Shown here one piece after another: positions 57,798 through 64,000 of a DNA stretch of 64,000 nucleotides. The DNA comes from Clostridia bacterium (GTDB lineage: Bacteria > Bacillota > Clostridia > Oscillospirales > Acutalibacteraceae): positions 2,004-66,003 of the forward strand of contig JAFSEP010000043.1 of NCBI GenBank assembly GCA_017435665.1, given 5' to 3'. Within the stretch, counting starts at the first letter, position 1. The number at the start of each line of letters is the position of its first letter. The notes beneath the pieces are model-generated. The model searched no databases. It had not been told where the DNA came from and was given only the letters and a program-made list of their open reading frames with translations. A program made the translations under genes and the position numbers.

Positions 57798-58649
57798 TTA
57801 TTTCAGTCCTGCAACTATTCGCTGTATACCCGAAAAATCATCAAGAATTTCGGTTTTTTCACAATAAGCAGAAAATATTCCGCTTATTTCTTCTGCCTGT
57901 TCTTCACCGCATTCAACGGCGATGTATCCGCCTTCATTTATGTAAGGCACCCACTTTTCTGCAAGACATCTGTAAAAGATATAACCGTCTTCACCGCCGT
58001 CAAGTGCCATTTTCGGTTCAAGCTGTACCTCTTTTTGCAGAGTGGGTATTTCTTCGGATTTTATATAGGGCGGATTTGAAATTATTACATCCGGTTTCGG
58101 AAGTGAGGAGAATCCCTCATATCCGTTAAGGATGTCGCCCTTTATTGCAACCGTCTCCCTTGCCAATCCGAGATTTTCCCTGTTCGTTTCAAGATATCTG
58201 AGTGCGTCATCGCTTTTCTCAACCATAAACACTCTTGCAGACGGAAGCAGCTTTTTTATGCTGAGACCAATACAACCGCTGCCCGAACACAAGTCGAATA
58301 CAACAGGATTGGTGATGCTTTTCATCTTATCGACGGCATATTCAACAAGCATCTCTGTTTCGGGACGGGGAATAAGCACACCCTCCCCTACCTTGAAGGT
58401 AAATCCCATAAAATCCCACTCACCGATTATATACTGCAGGGGTCTGCCTGAAATTCTTTCATCAAGCATTTTGCCGAATTCTTCTTCAAGACTTTCATCA
58501 TATTTCATATCGGGATTCAGCACAAGCTGATTATATTTCACATCGAAAACCGTCTCGAAAATTACCCTTGCATCAAAGGCTGCATCCTCTACCCCTGCCG
58601 AAGTAAGCTTGTCTGCGGCATATCTGTAAATTTCCGTGAGGGTTTTCAA
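57798..58649 (-). CDS. prmC: Release factor glutamine N5-methyltransferase
   Basis: DLCSGSGCIG SAM motif and catalytic ISNPPYI. Confidence 0.85.
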   Translation of the reverse strand: MKTLTEIYRYAADKLTSAGVEDAAFDARVIFETVFDVKYNQLVLNPDMKYDESLEEEFGKMLDERISGRPLQYIIGEWDFMGFTFKVGEGVLIPRPETEMLVEYAVDKMKSITNPVVFDLCSGSGCIGLSIKKLLPSARVFMVEKSDDALRYLETNRENLGLARETVAIKGDILNGYEGFSSLPKPDVIISNPPYIKSEEIPTLQKEVQLEPKMALDGGEDGYIFYRCLAEKWVPYINEGGYIAVECGEEQAEEISGIFSAYCEKTEILDDFSGIQRIVAGLK

Positions 58650-59629
58650 ATTGCATCATCCTCCGGATTATCGGTTATAACTGCCTTGAAGGCCGCAATT
58701 CCTATTTCAATCATACTGTCGTCAGGTTCCTTGGTGGTGAGCCTCTGCATCCAGAGACCGGGTGCAGAGAGAGCCTTTATTAAAAAATTATCGTGTCTGC
58801 CTGCATACCTGATAAACTCATAACCAAGCCCCATAATAAGCGGAAGCATAAGAACCTTGACAAGCATCCAGATAACCGTCACATCTCTCAACTGTGGGAA
58901 AAGAACGGATATAACCGAAGAAAGCACAACGCTGAGAATGATCATAACAAACATAAAGCTTGTGCCGCAACGGGGGTGGAAACGACTCTGCTTTCTAACA
59001 TTTTCAACAGTAAGCTCAAGTCCTGCTTCATAGCAGAAAATTGTTTTATGCTCGGCACCGTGATACATAAAGGTTCTTCTGATATCCTTCATTTGCGAAA
59101 CCAGAGCGAGATATATGATAAATATTATAATTCTCATAACCCCTTCAAGAGTTGCTCTCCAGTTGCTCAGGTCAAAACTCACGTGATTTGTTATAAAGTT
59201 TACGCTGATTGTTGGAAGATAGAAGAACAGCGCAAATGCAAGAAGCACACCGAGAATTGAAGCTATTGTTGAAACCACGGTCATAGCGGTCTTTCCCCAA
59301 TGGGCATCAATCCACTTATCAAGCTTTGACATCTTATCCTCTTCCATTTCGATATCGTCAAAGCCTGACTTTTCAGCCGACTCCATAAGACACTTATAAC
59401 CGAAAATCATAGTTTCAATAAAATTGACAAAGCCTCTTATCACAGGCCAGCCCAGAGGCTTGATTTTATCCCTGATATGCTTCACGGTTTTATACTCAAG
59501 GTCGATGCCTCCGTCGGGAGTGCGCACAGCCATAGCCGCACCCTTCGGTCCCTGCATCATAATACCCTCTATAAGAGCCTGTCCTCCGACAGATGTTTTG
59601 TGTGTTGCACAGCATTCTTTTTTACTCAT
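58646..59629 (-). CDS. DUF1385-family membrane protein
   Basis: SVGGQALIEGIMM and GAEHK motifs. Usual partner upstream of prmC. I chose the start at 59629 (GAGGAA RBS). The track ORF extends to 59692. Confidence 0.75.
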   Translation of the reverse strand: MSKKECCATHKTSVGGQALIEGIMMQGPKGAAMAVRTPDGGIDLEYKTVKHIRDKIKPLGWPVIRGFVNFIETMIFGYKCLMESAEKSGFDDIEMEEDKMSKLDKWIDAHWGKTAMTVVSTIASILGVLLAFALFFYLPTISVNFITNHVSFDLSNWRATLEGVMRIIIFIIYLALVSQMKDIRRTFMYHGAEHKTIFCYEAGLELTVENVRKQSRFHPRCGTSFMFVMIILSVVLSSVISVLFPQLRDVTVIWMLVKVLMLPLIMGLGYEFIRYAGRHDNFLIKALSAPGLWMQRLTTKEPDDSMIEIGIAAFKAVITDNPEDDAI

Positions 59630-59856
59630 TTTACATTTCCTCTTTATCGACATTTTTTTACGAAAACACCTATATATTGGTGTTGAACTCATTATTAATC
59701 ACTATATTTTAACATATGTAGTGGAAATAATCAAGCATTTAAACGCAAAAACTATTATTATTAAATCTTTTACATATAATACAAAAGTTTCGTTGATTTC
59801 CCGATTTTAATATGGTAATATCTGTATATAATATAAAACCTCAGGAGGAGACAAAA

Positions 59857-61014
59857 ATGAAAGGTAAATTCAAAAAAATAATTGCTCTTGTTCTTGTGCT
59901 GATAGTTATTATCGGAGCTGTTTCCGTAGGTGTTATCTATAACAAAAAGAAGCTTCGCAGTATCACTCTGGACAAGACCTCAATCAGCCTGAAAACAGGT
60001 GAAAAAGTTAAGCTCACCGCCACTCTTGAGCCTCTTGACACAAACAACACAGAGGTAAAATGGATGGTTACTGTCGGAGACACCGTTGCCGCCGTCAGCG
60101 AAGACGGTACTGTTACCGCAAATAATCCCGGTATTGCAACAATCGTCTGCGAATCCGTTGACCGGCCTGAAATCAGTGCGTCCTGTCAGGTATGTGTAAC
60201 CTCGGAAGCTCCTAAGGTAAATGCAGAAAACGCCCTTGTTTATAATGTTGATACAGGCAATATCATTATGACAAAAAAGGCTGACAGCAAAACCTCTCCT
60301 GCAAGTCTTGCAAAAATTCTCACCGCCAGCGTTGCGCTCAAATACGCCAAGGCTGATGATGTTTTCACAGTCGGCTCAGAGCTCAAGCTTGTAAAGCCCG
60401 GCTCAAGCATCTGCCAGATAAGAGAAGGCTTCAAGCTCAGCTTACAGGATCTTATCTGCGGTATGCTGGTATCCTCAGGCAATGACGCCGCATACACAAT
60501 AGCCGCCAACATTGCAAGAAAAGAAGGCGGTAACAATATGACTGACAAAGCTGCTATTGTGCATTTCTGTGAGCTTATGAACGCATACGCAAAGGAAATC
60601 GGTATGACAAACAGCAATTTCACCTCCCCTGACGGTTGGGATTATGACGAGCAGTACACCACAGCGGCAGACCTTGCAATTCTCACAAGAAATGCAATCA
60701 GCATACCTGAAATCAAGGAAGTTGTGGCATACGACAGCAAGCACGTTACCTTCGCATCAGGTCAGCATATCGTCTGGAGCAACACAAATCTTATGCTTCA
60801 CAAGGACAGCGATTTCTATAACGAATACGTGACCGGCTTCAAGACAGGCAGTACAACAGAGGCAGGCAAGTGCCTGATTTCCACCTATGAAAGCTCCGAG
60901 GAAAGCACAGCAGGCAACTTTATTATCGTTGTTCTCGGCTGTGATTCCGATGCACAGAGATACGAGGATACGGAAAAGCTTATCAAGTGGGCAAGGGAGA
61001 ATAAGCACGCGTAA
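59857..61014 (+). CDS. Membrane-anchored D-alanyl-D-alanine carboxypeptidase with N-terminal Big_2-like Ig domain
   Basis: AGGAGGAG RBS before the ATG at 59857. TM, then a Big_2-like segment (KVKLTATLEP...VTANNPGIATIVCES), then SPASLAK (SxxK), SGND, KTGST. Confidence 0.8.
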   Translation: MKGKFKKIIALVLVLIVIIGAVSVGVIYNKKKLRSITLDKTSISLKTGEKVKLTATLEPLDTNNTEVKWMVTVGDTVAAVSEDGTVTANNPGIATIVCESVDRPEISASCQVCVTSEAPKVNAENALVYNVDTGNIIMTKKADSKTSPASLAKILTASVALKYAKADDVFTVGSELKLVKPGSSICQIREGFKLSLQDLICGMLVSSGNDAAYTIAANIARKEGGNNMTDKAAIVHFCELMNAYAKEIGMTNSNFTSPDGWDYDEQYTTAADLAILTRNAISIPEIKEVVAYDSKHVTFASGQHIVWSNTNLMLHKDSDFYNEYVTGFKTGSTTEAGKCLISTYESSEESTAGNFIIVVLGCDSDAQRYEDTEKLIKWARENKHA

Positions 61015-61058
61015 GCAAATTAAAAATTGAAAGTGGAAAATGGAAAATTAAGTTAAAA

Positions 61059-61096
61059 AAATCCGGGTTACGGTTTGGCGTAATCCGGATTTTGTT
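61059..61096 (+). terminator. Intrinsic terminator after the carboxypeptidase gene
   Basis: 14-bp stem aaatccgggttacg/cgtaatccggattt (one G-U pair), followed by tttgtt. Confidence 0.8.
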
Positions 61097-61097
61097 G

Positions 61098-61474
61098 AAA
61101 GGCTCTCCTGAAAGAAAATTCCCCTGACAGGGGAAATGTCACGAAGTGACTGAGAGGTACTCAGGGCAACAGCTTCGTCGTTGCAGGTAAACTTACAGTT
61201 AATCACGAGTTTATCTCGGCACGCTTGCGTGCCGCTTGGGGCACCCCTCAGTCTTTGACTTCGTCAAACCCAGCTCCCCTTTCAGGGAGAGCCTTTGTTT
61301 CCTTTCGGGCGAGGCTTAAAGCCCCTTTCGGCAAATGCTATGCATTTACCACTTTCCCGTAAAGGGGACAGCGTTTTCTGATTGTGTTTTTTAGTGAAGG
61401 GACGTCGAGGACGCCTTCCCCTACACTATGTTAAAAAATCATAGCATCTGTAGGGTTGGCGTCCCCGCCAACCA
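61098..61474. repeat. Cluster of short GC-rich hairpin repeats (REP/REPIN-like)
   Basis: Copy B of the 21433-21486 module (61098-61150). Tandem tttcctttcagggcgagccttt-like units (61274-61296 and 61297-61317). Many 5-8 bp hairpins (ggcacg/cgtgcc, tttgac/gtcaaa). GTAG-headed inverted doublet at 61396-61474. No ORF of 60 aa or more. Confidence 0.65.
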
Positions 61475-61524
61475 TTAATTCTCTGATCTGATAAAAAAGC
61501 AACAGGCGGATTTCCGCCCGTTTA

Positions 61525-61548
61525 ATTGTGCATTGTGCATTGTGCATT
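61525..61548. repeat. Tandem heptamer (attgtgc) x3.4
   Basis: attgtgcattgtgcattgtgcatt read directly. Confidence 0.85.
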
Positions 61549-61644
61549 TAAAAAAGTGCTGACACAGGGTAGTTTCCAATAAGACAGTATGAGAACATTA
61601 CTGGCATAGGGTAGCTGCCGTACAGGAGTGCGACAAGAAAAATT

Positions 61645-61684
61645 GGCGATACTTGGTTTTCACAACCGGGTATCGCCTTTTTCT
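61645..61684 (+). terminator. Strong intrinsic terminator-like hairpin 40 nt upstream of tnpV
   Basis: ggcgatac...gtatcgcc with an inner ggtt/aacc extension (about 14 bp), followed by tttttc. Confidence 0.7.
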
Positions 61685-61725
61685 ATCTTTAACAGAATGT
61701 TTGAGTCTTACTGGAGGTACATATA

Positions 61726-62088
61726 ATGCAGGAACTGAACTATATCCGTTGCGGTGATTACTATATTCCCGATATTCGTTTACCGGAGGAAAATAGACCT
61801 ATTGGTCGGTGGGGGCGTATGCACAGAGATTACATCAAGGAACACAACCCTATCCGCTTCAATGATCTGTGTCTTAGCGGCGAATTGTGGACATATCTGG
61901 CTGATTTGAATGAGCAGGCACAGAGCCGCCTTGAACTTATCATCGAGCAGATGAAGGAATCTGAGGGCGTGACAGAGCAAATGAAGCAGCACGATCAGAT
62001 GGCATGGGTTGGAGTCATGAACAGTATCCACAACCGAGCCGAAGAAATTGTTCTGTGTGAGATGATCTACGAGGAGGATGCGGTATGA
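61726..62088 (+). CDS. tnpV: Transposon-associated TnpV-family protein
   Basis: Family hallmarks across the full length: N-terminal YIRCGDYYIPDIRLPEE...GRWGRMHRDYIKEHNP, central GVTEQMK..DQMAWVG.MN. GGAGG RBS. Confidence 0.85.
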   Translation: MQELNYIRCGDYYIPDIRLPEENRPIGRWGRMHRDYIKEHNPIRFNDLCLSGELWTYLADLNEQAQSRLELIIEQMKESEGVTEQMKQHDQMAWVGVMNSIHNRAEEIVLCEMIYEEDAV

Positions 62089-62348
62089 GAATCCTTGAAG
62101 AATTTTGGTACGGCAACATTGAACCAACCGAGTATGACACATCCTCTTGCAAAGAATACAAGAAGCTACTGGAACTGATTTGCAGGAATGAAGAAAAGCT
62201 CAAAGCCACTATGACGGACGAGCAGAAAGAACTGTTTGAGAAATACACCGATTGTGTGCGAGAACATCAGACCAATACAGACTGTTTGATCTTTCAGAAT
62301 GGCTTTAAGTTGGGCGCAAGAATGATGTTGGAAGTCATGAAAGAATAA
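62085..62348 (+). CDS. Small conserved hypothetical protein usually paired with tnpV on clostridial mobile elements (DUF6809-like, from memory)
   Basis: ATGA overlap with tnpV. MRILEEFWYGNIEPTE...FQNGFKLGARMMLEV resembles that family. Confidence 0.6.
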   Translation: MRILEEFWYGNIEPTEYDTSSCKEYKKLLELICRNEEKLKATMTDEQKELFEKYTDCVREHQTNTDCLIFQNGFKLGARMMLEVMKE

Positions 62349-62364
62349 CCAGATATTGAATCAT

Positions 62365-62397
62365 GCCCCCATCGGTGCAATCGATGGGGGCTATTTT
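62365..62397 (+). terminator. Intrinsic terminator after the tnpV pair
   Basis: gcccccatcg/cgatgggggc 10-bp stem followed by tatttt. Confidence 0.75.
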
Positions 62398-62460
62398 CTA
62401 CAGTAAGGCAAATTCACCTCATTATATCAAACGAAAAACTCATGATTTCGGGAGAATATC

Positions 62461-62489
62461 TTGAAAAACAGAAGAAACTGTGTTATAAT
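62461..62489 (+). promoter_or_regulatory. Promoter of the HTH / type IIG operon
   Basis: TTGAAA (62461-62466), 17 nt ending in TGt, TATAAT (62484-62489). Palindrome GTTATA-N12-TATAAC (62482-62505) overlaps the -10 element. Confidence 0.6.
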
Positions 62490-62523
62490 AAATTTTAACT
62501 ATAACCTTGAACGGAGAGGTGTT

Positions 62524-62745
62524 ATGTCAGTTAGTTATGATAAACTCTGGAAGCTTCTTATTGATAAAAAGATGAATCGCACGGAACTCAAGGATTCATC
62601 CGGGATTAGTTTTAATGTGCTTGCCAAGATGGGAAAGAACGAATTTGTATCCATGGAAAGCCTTATGAAGATTTGCGCCACTCTTAACTGTAACGTTGGC
62701 GATATTATGGACTTCTTACCAGAAAGTGAGGGATTGCAGGAATGA
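62524..62745 (+). CDS. XRE/Cro-type helix-turn-helix transcriptional regulator (73 aa)
   Basis: GGAGAGG RBS. MSVSYDKLWKLLIDKKMNRTELKDSSGISFNVLAKMGKNEFVSMESLMKICATLNCNVGDIMDF is a typical short HTH_26-like sequence. Its stop overlaps the next start (ATGA). Confidence 0.8.
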   Translation: MSVSYDKLWKLLIDKKMNRTELKDSSGISFNVLAKMGKNEFVSMESLMKICATLNCNVGDIMDFLPESEGLQE

Positions 62746-64000
62746 CACCAGAGATGCTGGCTACACTAACCGAACAAGTTGCCGAACTTGTTCAGACTTA
62801 CAGTAATAACTATCCGCAATTCCAGAGAGCAACCTATAACGAGACTCAAGTCCGTGTTGATTTTGTAAACCGCTTCTTCAAACTCCTTGGATGGGATGTA
62901 GATAACGAACGTGGATTGCCACAACACCTGCGTGAAGTTACCCATGAGGCTACCGTAGTTGTAGAGGAAGATGGCATCCATCGCAGCAAAAAACCAGATT
63001 ATTCTTTCAAGGTAGGTACGGAAGTCCTGTATTTTCTTGAGACAAAGAAACCTGCGGTAAACCTTACTATCGATGCAGCTCCGGCATTCCAGCTGCGCAG
63101 ATATGGATGGAGCGGAAACTTAAAAGTCTCAGTGTTGACCAATTTCACCGATCTATATATCTATGATTGTTCTGTTCGTCCGAGAGAAGGCGATGACATT
63201 GGTGTCGCAATGATTGCTCACTACCACTTCGACGAGTACGTGGAACGTTTTGAGGAAATTTACAACATGCTGTCCAAAGAAGCAGTCTTGACAGGACAGT
63301 TTGAGCTCCATTTCGGTAACATTCAGGGAGCTCTTCGTCGTGAACCGTTCGATCAGTATTTTTTGGATCAGATTAGAGCATGGCGAATGATGCTTGGCAA
63401 GGATATTCTGCGCAACAATCCAAATGTTGATGTAGAAACACTCAATATTTTTGTTCAACGAGTGCTTAATAGAACAATTTTCCTTCGTATTTGTGAGGAT
63501 AGATGTTTCGAGAATTATGAGTCGCTGAAGGCTATTACGACATACCAAGATCTAAGGACAATGTTCGCTGCGGCAGATCAGAAGTATGATTCTGGATTAT
63601 TTGAACTCTTAGAAGAAGATCGCCTTACTGTGTCTGATGCGGTTATCATTGAGATATTCCAAAGCCTGTACTACCCCAATAACTCCTATGAGTTTGGTGT
63701 AATTGATCCGTATATTATTGGTCAGATTTATGAACTGTTCTTGGATGAGGCTCTTGTAATTCGAGAAGATGGACATATTGAGACGCAAGAAAAGCCTGAA
63801 GTGGTTGACTCCCAGGGTGCAGTCAACACCCCCAAAAACATCACCGATATTATTATTGAAGAAACGCTCCGTCCTCTGTATGAAAATAAAACTCCCGAAG
63901 AAGTAGCTCAGTATCGCATTGCAGATATTTGCTGCGGGTCTGGCAACTTCTTGCTGTCGGCATTTGAATACATTGTAAACTATCATATTGAGTATTATCG
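62742..64000 (+). CDS. Fused restriction endonuclease / N6-adenine DNA methyltransferase (type IIG-like), N-terminal 419 aa; continues past window end
   Basis: Open frame from the ATG at 62742 to the window end. Not in the ORF track because there is no stop. HsdR_N-like NETQVRVDFVNRFFKLLGWDV, PD-(D/E)xK-like PDYSF...LETKKP, helical region RTIFLRICEDR, and SAM motif I IADICCGSGNFLLSAFEY at the very end. Confidence 0.8.
   Translation, partial: MTPEMLATLTEQVAELVQTYSNNYPQFQRATYNETQVRVDFVNRFFKLLGWDVDNERGLPQHLREVTHEATVVVEEDGIHRSKKPDYSFKVGTEVLYFLETKKPAVNLTIDAAPAFQLRRYGWSGNLKVSVLTNFTDLYIYDCSVRPREGDDIGVAMIAHYHFDEYVERFEEIYNMLSKEAVLTGQFELHFGNIQGALRREPFDQYFLDQIRAWRMMLGKDILRNNPNVDVETLNIFVQRVLNRTIFLRICEDRCFENYESLKAITTYQDLRTMFAAADQKYDSGLFELLEEDRLTVSDAVIIEIFQSLYYPNNSYEFGVIDPYIIGQIYELFLDEALVIREDGHIETQEKPEVVDSQGAVNTPKNITDIIIEETLRPLYENKTPEEVAQYRIADICCGSGNFLLSAFEYIVNYHIEYY

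Larger units (their letters stand above)
61726..64000 (+). mobile_element. Left portion of an integrated mobile element (transposon/IME/ICE type unknown); boundaries unresolved
   Basis: tnpV plus its partner ORF, followed by a self-contained R-M-like cargo module. Switch to plus-strand genes after a 711-nt non-coding junction. No recombinase within the window. Confidence 0.5.

Noticed and set aside
61525-61548. Checked whether the tandem repeats or the hairpin-repeat clusters could be a CRISPR array
   Set aside because: The heptamer repeat has no spacers. The hairpin repeats are heterogeneous in sequence, orientation and spacing. No cas genes and no regular repeat-spacer periodicity occur anywhere in the window.
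62766-63986. Three minus-strand ORFs (71, 131 and 125 aa) listed in the track
   Set aside because: All are antisense to the uninterrupted plus-strand frame 62742-64000, which carries clear nuclease and methyltransferase motifs and is translationally coupled to the HTH gene. The track omits that frame only because it has no stop in the window.

Overview
The window is a 64-kb chromosomal segment from a low-GC, spore-forming Firmicute. My guess is Clostridia, possibly Oscillospiraceae/Ruminococcaceae-like; this rests only on gene content and repeat style and was not checked by any search. About 90% is ordinary housekeeping DNA with a strong minus-strand bias.

Core gene blocks, in window order:
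- pgsA, cvpA, truA, ecfT-ecfA2-ecfA1, glmM and ruvCAB.
- rnpB (RNase P RNA), recD2 and mreB.
- ftsH-hpt-tilS-dnaB-rplI-gdpP-rnj, which is typical origin-proximal content.
- A block syntenic with the B. subtilis ylo region: yicC-remA-gmk-rpoZ-priA-def-fmt-rsmB-rlmN-stp-prkC-rsgA, plus spoVM, which falls below the ORF track's size range.
- rluB-dacB-ytfJ-ytfI-scpB-scpA and prmC.

Accessory or unusual content:
1. Three paralogous secreted mosaic proteins (BspA-type LRR, Ig/Fn3, and one with a transglutaminase-like core). All end in the same lysine-rich Fn3-like module at the extreme C-terminus.
2. Families of short GC-rich hairpin repeats at two convergent-gene junctions. They include a GTAG-headed REPIN-like doublet and one repeat copy pair with compensatory stem changes.
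3. The edge of a mobile element at the right end. It carries tnpV, a small partner ORF, an XRE-type HTH gene, and a translationally coupled fused nuclease-methyltransferase (type IIG-like) gene that runs off the window.

I found no CRISPR array, tRNA or rRNA. I also found no complete, clearly novel multi-gene system. The best leads are the truncated HTH/type IIG module, the shared C-terminal module of the surface proteins, the terminator-containing leader of one LRR gene, and the repeat families. All coordinates were worked out by hand from the printed sequence. All family assignments come from motifs I recognise, not from database searches.
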